A stretch of 64,000 bases of DNA from an uncultured Acidobacteriota bacterium (GCA_963771765.1 CAVYUY010000008.1:10890-74889); one strand, 5' to 3'. Counted from the first letter of the stretch, positions 31,891 through 41,846 are shown. Translations and numbers: made by a program. The notes: generated by a model from the letters alone, not told the origin.

Positions 31891-33369
31891 TTGACCCAGC
31901 CTACCTACAACTCGCAAAACTCTCTCGCGACCACTGCCGCCGGAATTCCCACAATCGCCATCGTCGGACGGCCCAACGTTGGAAAATCCACGCTCTTCAA
32001 TCGAATCGTTGGATCGCGTCGCGCCATTGTCGGCGACGAGCCTGGAATTACCAGAGACCGCCTTTACGGCGACACTGAGTGGAGCCACCGGCGATTGCGT
32101 ATCGTGGACACCGGCGGAATTCTGCCCGAGGAAAAGGATCTGATCCCCTCGGAAATATTCCGGCAGGCTCGCGTTGCACTCGACGAGGCGGCTGCCATCG
32201 TGATGGTCGTCGATGGCCGCTCGGAAATCGCTGGCCCCGATCTCGAACTCGTCCGCCTGCTCCGCAAACTGAACCGGCCACTCTTCCTCGCGGTGAACAA
32301 AGTTGATTCTGCAAAACAATCGACTCTCATTGATGATTTTCATCGCCTTGGAATTCGGCAAATGTTCCCGATTTCCGCTGAGCACGGCCGGGGAGTTGAT
32401 GATCTGCTGGATGCGATCGTAGCCGTTCTCCCGGACGGCCCCATTGCGGAAGGCACAGAGCTCTCCGAGGAATCCGAAAGCGCTTCCGAGGAAGAAGCGC
32501 CACCCGACGAGAAAGAAGTAGTTCGCGAGGTGAAGGTTGCCATCATCGGCCATCCGAACGTCGGCAAGTCGACGTTATTGAATTGCCTGACTTCGTCCGA
32601 TCGGGCGATCGTCTCTCCCATTCCCGGCACGACGCGTGATGCGGTCGATGAAGTCATCGAGCACAACGGACGGCGGTTCCGTTTTATCGATACGGCCGGA
32701 ATTCGACGCAAGGGCAAAACCCATTTGATGGCGGAAAAACTGTCTGTCGTCATGGCCCGCAAGCATCTTGAGGCTGCGGACATCGCGCTTCTGGTCATTG
32801 ATGCGACCGAAAGCGTGAGCCAGCTCGACGCCGCCATTGCCGGGTACGCCCACGAAAGCGGTCGTTCCATCATTGTTGTGGTCAACAAGTGGGACCTCAT
32901 GATCGGAGGAGATAAAAAGACAGGACGCCCCACCAAGGCCGAACGCATGCGGGAGAGCAAGCGTCCCGGTGATCAGTCCGCTTACGAGGAACGCCTGCGG
33001 TACGAACTCAAATTCTTGAGTTACGCACCGGTCGTTTTCGTCTCAGCTCAGAGCGGCAAGGGCACCGAGAGGATTTTCCCGTTGTTGGAAGAAGTGGCGA
33101 AGGAACGCCGCAAGCGCGTGACCACGTCAGAGATGAACCGTTTTCTCGAGCACGTCGACTTCGAACGCGCTTCGGTTCCGATGCGCCAGCGGGTCAAGAT
33201 CCTCTATATGACGCAGGCTTCGGTCGCGCCGCCGACATTTGTCCTCTTCACAAATCGCGCGGTCAAATTGCACTTTGCTTACCAGCGGTTTCTCGAGAAC
33301 CAGATTCGCGCTGCGTTCGGATTCATCGGTACGCCGATCTGGATCAAAAACAGGGCGAGGAATTCGTAG
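31891..33369 (+). CDS. der: Ribosome-biogenesis GTPase Der (EngA)
   Basis: Two G domains (GRPNVGKSTLFN...DTGG...NKVD and GHPNVGKSTLLN...DTAG...NKWD) plus a KH-like C-terminus. The TTG start at 31891 is the only candidate upstream of the first P-loop. Confidence 0.93.
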   Translation: MTQPTYNSQNSLATTAAGIPTIAIVGRPNVGKSTLFNRIVGSRRAIVGDEPGITRDRLYGDTEWSHRRLRIVDTGGILPEEKDLIPSEIFRQARVALDEAAAIVMVVDGRSEIAGPDLELVRLLRKLNRPLFLAVNKVDSAKQSTLIDDFHRLGIRQMFPISAEHGRGVDDLLDAIVAVLPDGPIAEGTELSEESESASEEEAPPDEKEVVREVKVAIIGHPNVGKSTLLNCLTSSDRAIVSPIPGTTRDAVDEVIEHNGRRFRFIDTAGIRRKGKTHLMAEKLSVVMARKHLEAADIALLVIDATESVSQLDAAIAGYAHESGRSIIVVVNKWDLMIGGDKKTGRPTKAERMRESKRPGDQSAYEERLRYELKFLSYAPVVFVSAQSGKGTERIFPLLEEVAKERRKRVTTSEMNRFLEHVDFERASVPMRQRVKILYMTQASVAPPTFVLFTNRAVKLHFAYQRFLENQIRAAFGFIGTPIWIKNRARNS

Positions 33370-33392
33370 GCGTGGCCGCACCAGGGGAATCT

Positions 33393-34103
33393 GTGCTGAA
33401 GTTCACGTTGCAAAATCGGCCGTTCAATGCCGGGCGAAAACTCCCAGCCCTCATTCTCTTCCTTGTCCTTTCACTCTCCGCTTTCGGGCAGGCATCTGCA
33501 TCTTCGTCCGCAAAGCACACGGGCCGTTCAACGCCCGTGGAAAAATCGACCCTCGATCCAGGCTCGGTCGTCAACGGCGTTTACCGCAACGCTGCTCTCA
33601 GATTCTCGTGCAAAATCCCTGCAGGATGGGTATTGCGTACCGACGAAATGAATATCCCCGACGACACGCCATCGAGTCCGCCTTCTGCCACTGCTCCCGG
33701 AAAAGGGCCAACGGTCCTGCTTGCCGCATTCTCGCGTCCCCCCGAGGCGCGCGGCGAAGACGTCAATGCGTCGATCTTGATCGCCGCCGAGCCTGCATCC
33801 ACATACCCAGGATTGAAAGAGGCGGCCCAATACATAGGTCCGGTGTCCGAGGTTGCGAAGGCACAAGGTTTCACCGTGGATGAGGATCCATACGAAACTG
33901 CAATCGGAACCAAAACTCTGCCACGCGCGGATTTTCACAAAGACACTGGATCGAGAGTCATCCGTCAATCGACCCTAACCATGCTGGATCACGGGTATGC
34001 GGTGTCGATCACGATGATTGGTGGAACCGAAGACGAGGTCGAGACCTTGATCGAGGGATTCCAATTCGGACCTGCCCCGCACTCCGCGCTACCTTCCAAG
34101 TAA
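33393..34103 (+). CDS. Hypothetical secreted protein
   Basis: Track ORF 33372..34103. The GTG at 33393 has agggga upstream. The signal peptide is LPALILFLVLSLSAFGQASA. There is no recognisable catalytic motif. Confidence 0.6.
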   Translation: MLKFTLQNRPFNAGRKLPALILFLVLSLSAFGQASASSSAKHTGRSTPVEKSTLDPGSVVNGVYRNAALRFSCKIPAGWVLRTDEMNIPDDTPSSPPSATAPGKGPTVLLAAFSRPPEARGEDVNASILIAAEPASTYPGLKEAAQYIGPVSEVAKAQGFTVDEDPYETAIGTKTLPRADFHKDTGSRVIRQSTLTMLDHGYAVSITMIGGTEDEVETLIEGFQFGPAPHSALPSK

Positions 34104-34254
34104 GCCACTCTCTAGCAGGGCTGCGGAAAAATGAGCTCTGCAACTTAGGTTTTCTCCATCTAACTGATTTTGTGATTCGGAAAGGATTCTGGCTGTATCC
34201 GCCTGTGTCCCGCGGATTTAGTTCCGCTCCTGCGAGCACACCGCAACCTCGGCT

Positions 34255-34500
34255 TTACGTCGCTTGAATTGCCAAATTCTTCATGCGGCCCGAGTAGGCA
34301 GCGGCCGCGAAGGTGAAGACCGATCCCACCTTGAAGATTCCACGATGCCGAACTTCCGCAACGGCGCGATCGTCTTCAGCCAGCCGAAGCACTCTTCCAC
34401 GCGTTTTCTGCGCATACCCTCTTCTTATCGGGTTGTGCTGTGGAAACACGAGAGTTTCGCGGTACTCGGTGAATCGGTGAAGGGCTGGACGATAATGGAT
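34255..34500 (-). mobile_element. Remnant of the 3' end of an IS4/IS5-superfamily DDE transposase gene, frameshifted
   Basis: Two frames together read ...RKRVEECFGWLKTIAPLRK / VRHRGIFKVGSVFTFAAAAYSGRMKNL. This resembles the conserved C-terminal tail of such transposases. There is no N-terminal or catalytic part and no terminal inverted repeats. Confidence 0.5.
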
Positions 34501-34526
34501 TCTCAGCTCAAGGGGAGCTGATTCGG

Positions 34527-35207
34527 ATGCGATTCAGAAGACAAACCGCCCGCCTGCTTCCGCTATCTCTGATGCTTGCCTGCGCCCTGCCTGCACTGGC
34601 GGGGCCTATTCCCCCGTGCGTAAAGGCAGTCAGTTCAAACAATGGGAGTTTCTTAGTCATCAGTGATGTCCAACTGCAGCCGGAGTCGGGAAACAGAGCT
34701 AGAGTTCAGCAAGTATCGTTTCAGGTCTTCCCCAAAGAGAACTTTATCAACGCGAAAGATAGGCTAACCTCACCCGCGACATACTGGAGTAACTGGGTGC
34801 AATGGAGCGTCATCTTCGATTCGAGCAACGCGCACCCCGTTCCCGCATGTCCCCTGTCACTGATCTCCAATGACGGCGAGTTTTTGATCGTCCTGAACAT
34901 GTATGCCGCCGGCTCTACCAGTTTTGCTGTTCGGATTTACCGACGACGGGATCACCTCGGTGACCCAATCCGGGAAGGGCCGGACCACGGGGTTTTCATC
35001 AAGGACGTCACGTTAAGAGAAATCTGGCCAGCAGACAAGTTCCCGAACGTGGAAACTGTGACCGATGAAACGCCGCAGTGGTTTGCCGGGGGAACCTTCG
35101 AGTTTTCGCCGGACTGTCGCGTTCTGGTCCACCAGACGCGATGGGGTAACACAGTCCGCATCCATTTAGAGGATGGATCCGTCTCAGGGACCGGTAAGGC
35201 GAACTGA
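34527..35207 (+). CDS. Hypothetical secreted protein (lower-GC gene)
   Basis: 226 aa with the signal peptide RLLPLSLMLACALPALAG. No recognisable domains. Confidence 0.55.
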   Translation: MRFRRQTARLLPLSLMLACALPALAGPIPPCVKAVSSNNGSFLVISDVQLQPESGNRARVQQVSFQVFPKENFINAKDRLTSPATYWSNWVQWSVIFDSSNAHPVPACPLSLISNDGEFLIVLNMYAAGSTSFAVRIYRRRDHLGDPIREGPDHGVFIKDVTLREIWPADKFPNVETVTDETPQWFAGGTFEFSPDCRVLVHQTRWGNTVRIHLEDGSVSGTGKAN

Positions 35208-35215
35208 AAGCTTAC

Positions 35216-35431
35216 CTAATCGATAATCGCGGAACACCACGTTTTTCCGGAGCCTGCTAGCGCAGGCTTGCAGCAGTCCTTTAAAGCAAGCTCGATCTGC
35301 GGCGGATGGAGAAGCGTGTTGTGGATCAGGCAGTGGTGCACGGCCCTATCGACACCCGCGCGGTGCTGTTCGCTTAGTTCCACGGGAGTTAAAGGATTCA
35401 GCGTAATCGTGTTTGAGGCAGGGAAATCAGT
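35216..35431 (-). pseudogene. Possible C-terminal remnant of an OsmC/Ohr-like gene
   Basis: A stop-to-stop frame with no start reads ITLNPLTPVELSEQHRAGVDRAVHHCLIHNTLLHPPQIELALK. The L..EQ....A...C.(I/V)HNTL pattern resembles OsmC-family C-termini. This is weak. Confidence 0.3.
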
Positions 35432-35939
35432 CTAACGATTCGGGATGGAGACTCAAGTCTTTTTCACCGGCCGCCTTTTTCCCAGCATACTTCTTCATCC
35501 AGGCTTCCCAGCTCTTGCCGGCGGCGGTATCGCGTCCCGTGAAGGCCAGGGCCCCGATATCGGCGTACGAAACAGAAACTTTTTCCCCAGAATTCTTGGG
35601 ATACAACCGCACCATCGACTCTTTGAGCGAGGCACCTGTCCGCCGGTCGAATAAATATCCCTCAATCTTCGACCCATCCTTGCGCGTGATCGTCACGTCG
35701 CCGCGATAGTCGAAAGCCTTCTCCAAGGCCACGCGAAGCTCTTCTTCATTCGCCAGCTCCGGGATCCATCCCTCGAGACGCTCATGGGCCGTTCCCGGCG
35801 CTACTTCCAGTGCATCGGGATTCACCACATTTGCGTGCGGAGGAACCGCGTCCGACGACGCATGATCGATATGTCCGCCCTCTTTACCCGTCATAGTCCA
35901 AGAATAATCTAAGAAATTTCCGTCATGCACATCGGACAA
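35427..35939 (-). CDS. Hypothetical protein immediately downstream of hpnH
   Basis: 170-aa ORF, co-oriented with hpnH and separated from it by a family-A repeat. No motif that I recognise. Confidence 0.6.
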   Translation of the reverse strand: MSDVHDGNFLDYSWTMTGKEGGHIDHASSDAVPPHANVVNPDALEVAPGTAHERLEGWIPELANEEELRVALEKAFDYRGDVTITRKDGSKIEGYLFDRRTGASLKESMVRLYPKNSGEKVSVSYADIGALAFTGRDTAAGKSWEAWMKKYAGKKAAGEKDLSLHPESLD

Positions 35940-35940
35940 T

Positions 35941-36003
35941 TGTCATCCTGACTGAAGCGGCGTCGAGCGAAACGCAGACGGCGCGCAGCCGAAGGACCTT
36001 GCG
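35941..36003 (+). repeat. Family-A hairpin repeat (diverged)
   Basis: tgtcatcctgactgaagc - hairpin gcggcgtc/gagcgaaacgca/gacggcgc - gcagccgaaggaccttgcg. Confidence 0.55.
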
Positions 36004-36053
36004 ATATTCACCGCAACCCCAGCTTGTCGAGGAATTTCTACGACGCCGGACAA

Positions 36054-37183
36054 CTACGCCCGGGTCTCCTGCAACGATTCCGGCTGAGTTGCCGGCGTCG
36101 CGATCTGCACCAGCGGATTCACCGCTGACGTCGGCTCCTCCAGCATGCGCAGCGCCGCTTCGTCGCGATACCTCGGGAACAGTGTCCCCTTCACCGTGGC
36201 CAAGAATCCGCCCAGCGAGCTGAACGTCGCATTCACCGCCGACGCTTCATACCCGCTATGCACCATGCAATTCGCACATGCCGGATTGCCCGATTCGGTT
36301 CCGTACTTGCTCCACTCCGTCGTGGCCAGCAGTTCGGAGAATGTTTCGGCGTAGCCGTCCTGCAAGAGATAGCAGGGCTTTTGCCACCCGAATACGTTGT
36401 ATGTCGGCATCCCCCAAGGCGTGCATGGATACGTCCGCTTTGCCCATCAAGAACTCCAGAAACAGCGGCGACAGGTTGAAGCGCCAGTTCTTTTTCCGAT
36501 TCGACAGAATCGCCCGGAACATCCGGCGCGTCCTCGCCCGTCCAAGAAAATGCTTTTGGTCGGGAGCTTTGTCGTACGAGTATCCCGGCGACAACATCAT
36601 GCCCTCGACCCCAAGATCCATCATCTCGTCAAAGAACGCGCGCACCGATTTCGGATTGGCTCCGTCGAATAGCGTCGTGTTGGTGGTAACCCGGAAGCCG
36701 CGCCTCAGCGCTTCTTTGACTGCATCGACCGCGATGTCATACCCGCCTTCGCGGCAAACCGCCAAATCATGTTCTTCCCGCTGGCCATCCAGATGCACGC
36801 TGAAAGTCAGGTACTTGCTGGGCTTGAACAGGTCAATCTTTTCCTTCAGCAGCAGCGCGTTCGTGCAGAGATAGATGTATTTCTTGCGAGCGACCAGGCC
36901 TTCAATGATCTCGCCGATTTGAGGATGCATCAGCGGTTCGCCGCCAGGGATCGAGACCATCGGCGCGCCGCACTCGTCCACTGCGCGGAAGCATTCTTCC
37001 GGCGCTGAGATCCTTCTTCAGGATGTGTGCCGGATACTGAATCTTGCCGCATCCCGCACAAGCGAGATTGCAGCGGAACAACGGCTCGAGCATCAGCACG
37101 AGCGGATATTGCTTTCGACCGGCTAGCTTCTGGCGAATAACATAGCTCGCCACGGTCCACATCTGTGACACAGGAACTGGCAT
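36054..37183 (-). pseudogene. hpnH: Adenosyl-hopene transferase HpnH (radical SAM, hopanoid side-chain extension); 2 frameshifts as assembled
   Basis: ORFs 36902..37183 (…[19 protein letters not shown]…), 36256..36981 ([17 protein letters not shown]…) and 36054..36410 ([16 protein letters not shown]…[11 protein letters not shown]). An extra g at ~37008 and an extra a at ~36440 account for the breaks. Confidence 0.85.
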
Positions 37184-37445
37184 GAATACAGTAACCCCTT
37201 GTAATCACTATCTTATCAGGGTCAGGCCCCTGAATGCCCGCCTGGCACGACTCTGCGAAGGCAATGGTTTTGATGCAGCAACCGGGGCGTCGGCTCCTCC
37301 CGCACACTTGCGTCATTTCCGATAATCTTGCAACCTACACCCACATTACCCCGTCTAAAGGCCGTGCCCTTCCGCTTCGACTCACGGCCGAATGGGCTCT
37401 TGTTCCGGTTCTAGAAACCCGATACCCTTGTTTCCGGTAGCCGAT

Positions 37446-37844
37446 ATGTTTAGCCCCCACCCCAATCTGGCCGACGAAGTCAACCGCGGTATCGTCCGGT
37501 CGGAGATCGAGGGTGGCGTTTTTCTGGCTGATCTGCCGCCATCCACCGTTCTTCACATCCAGACCATGCACCACTGCTACACGGCTGTGCTTCTCGGCGG
37601 AAGCGATGCTCTGCTCTCCGGTCACCCGGAGTTCTGCCCGGAGCCTGTTCACGTAGCGATTTCCGGCTCTACCTGGGGCGGCTCGATGCTGAAGCTGCAG
37701 TACGTCGGCCGCGGGATGCACCTGGAATTCCGCCACCCCGAATATCCGACTCCCATCATCACCTCGCCCATCCAGGAAATTCGCGACCACTTGCAGATGC
37801 CGTCACTCGAGTTGGACGCGCGACCGCACGGCGCACACTCCTGA
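37446..37844 (+). CDS. Hypothetical protein
   Basis: Track ORF 37392..37844. The likely start is MFSPHPNLADE. No recognisable domain. Confidence 0.5.
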   Translation: MFSPHPNLADEVNRGIVRSEIEGGVFLADLPPSTVLHIQTMHHCYTAVLLGGSDALLSGHPEFCPEPVHVAISGSTWGGSMLKLQYVGRGMHLEFRHPEYPTPIITSPIQEIRDHLQMPSLELDARPHGAHS

Positions 37845-37984
37845 ACCGCGCTCCGATTTGCCGATTTAAAGTTTCCGCATTTCCCCACTCGCTGCAGAGC
37901 CCGTCTGAGCGAAGTGAACTCCCATTGACTTGCACCTTCGCACCCACTACCATTCCGGCCATCGGCCCTTGGCTGAATAGAACC

Positions 37985-38345
37985 ATGCCATCTGGATATT
38001 GGAAAACGCGAAGTCGGTCACGTCACCATCCTCGACATCAACGGACGCATCGTCCTCGGGGATGAGATCGGCGATCTTCGCACCGCCGTCCGCAACCTCA
38101 TCGCGGAAGGCAAGAAGAAGATCATCTTGAACCTGGCCGCCGTCGACTACATCGATAGTTCCGGCGTCGGCGAACTCGTCGGAAGCTTCACCACCGTGCG
38201 CAACGCCGGTGGCGAACTCAAGCTTCTGAACCTGACGCAAAAAGTCCACGACGTTCTCCACGTCACCAAGCTGTATACCGTTTTCGATATCAAGGATGAC
38301 GAATTTAATGCGGTGAAGTCGTTCGACTATTTCTTCGCGAAGTAG
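37985..38345 (+). CDS. STAS-domain anti-sigma-factor antagonist (SpoIIAA-like); lesion just after the ATG
   Basis: The frame reads LDIGKREVGHVTILDINGRIVLGDEIGDLRTAVRNLIAEGKKKIILNLAAVDYIDSSGVGELVG...LLNLTQKVHDVLHVTKL. The ATG at 37985 is one base out of frame with it. Confidence 0.75.
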
Positions 38346-38358
38346 TCAGCGTACCGTT

Positions 38359-40482
38359 CTAGTTTTGAATCCCCATTTGATTCAGGATGTAAGCGTAGTC
38401 GAACGCCGACTCCTTGAGCCGATCGTACCGTCCGGAGGCGCCTCCGTGACCTGCGGGACTTAAGTTCGTTTTCAGGATCAGGATGTTGTGGTCCGTACGA
38501 GTGGCCCTCATCTTTGCCACATACTTCGCCGGCTCCCAGTACATGACCTGGCTGTCATTGAATGACGTCTTCACCAGCATGTTCGGATACGCCTTCGGCT
38601 CGATGTTGTCGTAAGGAGAGTAGGTGCTCATGTATTCGTAAGCAGCCTTCTCTTTCGGGTTTCCCCATTCTTCAAATTCTCCGACCGTGAGCGGAAGCGT
38701 TTCATCGAGCATGGTATTCAGAACATCCACGAAAGGAACTCCAACGATCGCCGCCTTGAACAGATCCGGACGCATGTTCAGCACGGCGCCCATCAGCAAA
38801 CCTCCGGCGCTTCGCCCTTCAATCACCAGCCGGTCTTTCGATCCGTATCCGCGCTTCACAAGATCCTCGGCGCACGCGATGAAGTCGGTGAATGTCGTTT
38901 TCTTGTTCATCATGCGCCCGGCATCGTGCCAGCCCTTACCCATTTCCCCGCCGCCGCGGATGTGCGCCGTCGCAGCGACGACGCCCCGATCCACCATGCT
39001 GAAAATGTTCGGGTTGAAAAACATGTCGATCGAAATTCCGTACGAGCCGTAGCCATAGAGATAAAGCGGCCCGGTGCCGTCGAGTTTCGCGTCCTTCAGG
39101 CGAAGCACCGACACAGGCACCTTCACACCATCCGACGCGACCGCGTAAATCTGCTCGACCTGGTATTTATTGGCGTCGTATCCGCCTGGAACTTCCTTCT
39201 GCTTCAACAGCACCGACGTGCCCTTTTCCATATCGTAGGAAAACACCGAAGGCGGCGTCACCGGAGACTGGTATCCATAGCGGAAATCGGTCGTATCGTA
39301 AACGCGGTTCACATACGAATACGCCGCATAAGCCGCTTCGGGGAATGCGATGCGCTTCGACTGCCCGTTGCGCAAGTCGATGACGCGGATCTGCGGCAGG
39401 CCGGTTTCGCGCTCGTACACCACGCAGAAATTCTTGAAGAAATCGACGTCATCGACCATGATGCCCGCGTTCTGCGCCATGACCTCATGCCAATTCTTGC
39501 TTCCCGGATCCGCCACCGGAGCGTTGACCAGCCGGAAATTGCGGCCTGTGTCGTTCACGCGAATGTAGAAAGAATCGCCGTTGTGATCCGGGTAATATTC
39601 AATTCCCTGCTTGCGCGGTTCGAGAATCTTCCAGTCGCCGGTCGGCTGCTTGGCAGGAATGTAACGCGCCTCCGTCGTCGTGTGGCTGCGTGAAACCAGG
39701 AAGATATAAGCGTCGCTCCGTGTCTTGAACGCTTCCACGTTAAAGCGCTCGTCCGGCTCTTCATACACCAGGATGTCCGGCTCAACCGATCCCAACGTAT
39801 GACGATAGAAACGATACTGCCGCTTCGAGACGGCGTCTTCCTGCGTGTAAAAGATCGTTTGATTGTCGTTGGCCCAAACGACCGAGCCGACGCGCTCCGC
39901 ATGATCGAGCAAGGTCTGCCCGGTGCGGAGATCCTTGACCGCCAGAGTGAATTGGCGGAACCCCGTATTGTCGTAGCTGTAGGCAAGAAAATTTCCATCC
40001 GAACTCACCGCGAACGCCGCGACGGTCATGAAGGCCTGGCCCTTGGCCAGTTCATTGATGTCGAGCAATACTTCTTCCGGCGCGTCCATGCTCGCCTTCT
40101 TGCGGCAGCGGATCATGTACTGCTTCCCAGCCTCGGTCCGCGTGTAATAGAAGTAGTCGCCTTCCCTGTACGGAACCTCGACGTCGGTCTCCTTGATGCG
40201 CCCAAGCATCTCGTCATAGAGCTTCTTCTGCAGAGGCTCGGTCGGCTTCATGATCGCGTCGGTGTATGCGTTTTCCTGTTCCAGATAAGCGCGCACTTCG
40301 GGATTGGTTTTTTCGCGGAGCCAAGCGTAGTTGTCGACCATTTTGTGTCCGTTTACCTCGGTGACGTGCGGAACTTTCTTTGCGACGGGAGGAGTGGGCG
40401 TATTGCCGGCCGCTGCCAGAATGATGACGGAAACAAAGAGCAGGATGCCGAACGACGTTCGGCGCAAAAGCATCGGACTCAT
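38359..40482 (-). CDS. S9A serine peptidase (oligopeptidase B / prolyl oligopeptidase family), secreted
   Basis: Track ORF 38359..40557. The likely start is MSPMLLRRTSFGILLF. It has an N-terminal beta-propeller region. The catalytic elbow is GRSAGGLLMG, with the downstream Asp and His region (…FNDSQV…AGHGG). Confidence 0.9.
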   Translation of the reverse strand: MSPMLLRRTSFGILLFVSVIILAAAGNTPTPPVAKKVPHVTEVNGHKMVDNYAWLREKTNPEVRAYLEQENAYTDAIMKPTEPLQKKLYDEMLGRIKETDVEVPYREGDYFYYTRTEAGKQYMIRCRKKASMDAPEEVLLDINELAKGQAFMTVAAFAVSSDGNFLAYSYDNTGFRQFTLAVKDLRTGQTLLDHAERVGSVVWANDNQTIFYTQEDAVSKRQYRFYRHTLGSVEPDILVYEEPDERFNVEAFKTRSDAYIFLVSRSHTTTEARYIPAKQPTGDWKILEPRKQGIEYYPDHNGDSFYIRVNDTGRNFRLVNAPVADPGSKNWHEVMAQNAGIMVDDVDFFKNFCVVYERETGLPQIRVIDLRNGQSKRIAFPEAAYAAYSYVNRVYDTTDFRYGYQSPVTPPSVFSYDMEKGTSVLLKQKEVPGGYDANKYQVEQIYAVASDGVKVPVSVLRLKDAKLDGTGPLYLYGYGSYGISIDMFFNPNIFSMVDRGVVAATAHIRGGGEMGKGWHDAGRMMNKKTTFTDFIACAEDLVKRGYGSKDRLVIEGRSAGGLLMGAVLNMRPDLFKAAIVGVPFVDVLNTMLDETLPLTVGEFEEWGNPKEKAAYEYMSTYSPYDNIEPKAYPNMLVKTSFNDSQVMYWEPAKYVAKMRATRTDHNILILKTNLSPAGHGGASGRYDRLKESAFDYAYILNQMGIQN

Positions 40483-40800
40483 AAAATCACCCCGAGAGTG
40501 CAAATTAAGATTGAATCGAGCAGCAACTTGAGCGGAGCGGAGACGCTTGTGTGGCAAGGGAAAAACGATACTCCGTTCTGCGGGCGATGTGCAACGGTGC
40601 CGACCGCGCGAGCCCGGGATGCGAACCTGCTCCGCAAATGCCCGATTTTTTGGAAAAATCCTCGATTCTTCGAAATCTTGTCAATAGGCATAAATTACAC
40701 GATCAGGCCTAACCTCAACTAAATACGGCAAATATAAAGTGACCACCTATGTCCACTTTACCCCTGCCAATTTGATATTCTGGATATATAGAGAAAATTT

Positions 40801-40835
40801 AAAGGCGCGGCCCCTGGGTCGCGCCTTTTCTTTTT
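40801..40835 (+). terminator. Orphan intrinsic-terminator-like hairpin, potentially bidirectional
   Basis: aaaggcgcg/gcccctgggt/cgcgccttt followed by tctttttcc. On the other strand it is followed by aaattttctct. No annotated gene ends here on either strand. Confidence 0.45.
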
Positions 40836-41003
40836 CCCCGGTCGACTCCCAAGAGGTTCTCTTGGGAAAACCCCATAGACCAAAGAGGTTCGTGTGGGGA
40901 CAGCCGCCTCGGCTGTCCGGCGGGGCAAAGCTCCACGCGCGGGGAAAGAACTGTCCGGCTTGGGCACAAGAAAGAGCATGAGACGAAGGGCAAAAGGACA
41001 AAG

Positions 41004-41567
41004 GTGAACGATGTGAGTGGAACAAAGAAAATCTGGGACCAATTTACTAGCTTCAAACAACGCGGAGAATGGGTCGAACTACAGTTCATGGCAAGGGCGG
41101 CGCAGTTGCGTTTCGCCATCAACAAACCGTGGGGAGAGACACAAGCGTACGACGTCGGCATCGCGCACGGCTCGAACTTTCTCCGGGTACAGGTGAAATC
41201 AACAACGTGCCACAATGCCGCAGGATATCTGTGTCAGTTCAAGCCCAACCACCGGAAGAAGCACGACTACTCTCTCGATGAAATCGACTTGTTCGCGGCA
41301 TACATCGTTCCGGAGGACGTGTGGTACCTGATCCCGGCGGTCTTACTGTTGGGCAAGCGAAGGCGCGTCATGGCGATGCTATGCCCCTTAGTACCACCGG
41401 TAAAGAAGGCCAGCTACTGCTGCGAAATTTATCGCGAAGCCTGGCACCTGCTCACCAAGAACCGGGCCGAACTGGCGCAGTACAAAGTTCCCGAGTCTCC
41501 ACCATCTCACCATCGCAGGACCGCCTCGCCAAAGATGCCGAAGCTCTCTCGTCCGCAACGGCGATAA
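41004..41567 (+). CDS. PD-(D/E)XK endonuclease-like protein (group-I-intron-endonuclease-type fold) with a basic C-terminal tail
   Basis: 187 aa. GEWVELQFMARAAQLRF...WGETQAYDVGI...FLRVQVKST...DLFAAYIVPEDVWYLIP fits a D...(E/Q)xK core. The GTG start has aagga upstream. Confidence 0.55.
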   Translation: MNDVSGTKKIWDQFTSFKQRGEWVELQFMARAAQLRFAINKPWGETQAYDVGIAHGSNFLRVQVKSTTCHNAAGYLCQFKPNHRKKHDYSLDEIDLFAAYIVPEDVWYLIPAVLLLGKRRRVMAMLCPLVPPVKKASYCCEIYREAWHLLTKNRAELAQYKVPESPPSHHRRTASPKMPKLSRPQRR

Positions 41568-41687
41568 ATGCGGCTTGAAACATATGAATTGGGGCTTGTG
41601 AAAGTCGATGAAGGTTGGGGCAAGATGTCGTTCAGTGCGGCCGCAACGAACTTATTCTAAAGTACTTAGACAAATAAATGGTCTCGT

Positions 41688-41709
41688 AAGGCCGCCGAAA
41701 GGCGGCCTT
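41688..41709. other. Strong GNRA-loop hairpin in the island spacer
   Basis: aaggccgcc/gaaa/ggcggcctt, a 9-bp stem. The minus-strand downstream side (ccatttatttgtc) is the more T-rich. Confidence 0.4.
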
Positions 41710-41846
41710 CTCGCTGTCAAAAACGACCCTGATGTCGGGCGTTGCATCCCACCCCCGCAACTGAATTATTTCTCCCATGAACACTGTGTTCAGCTTTAAG
41801 CGGACGATTTATAGATATATCCTGCTTTGGGATATTCCGAAAGAGG

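Noticed and set aside
40598-40640. T-loop-like ggttcgcatcc on the minus strand at the island border (possible tRNA 3' fragment or att site)
   Set aside because: Only 3 of 5 T-stem pairs form. There is no acceptor complement and no CCA context, and no matching copy at the other island border.
38926-40722. 255-aa and 307-aa plus-strand ORFs
   Set aside because: They are antisense to the S9 peptidase gene, which has clear catalytic motifs.
40747-41215. Three overlapping minus-strand ORFs (92-138 aa) in the island border
   Set aside because: They run through the terminator and hairpin cluster and then antisense into the PD-(D/E)XK gene. Their text is repeat-derived (Pro/Arg/Gly-rich).
41608-41799. 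63-aa plus-strand ORF and a 48-codon minus-strand ORF across the 41688-41709 hairpin
   Set aside because: Both read through a perfect hairpin. Neither has an SD or a recognisable motif.
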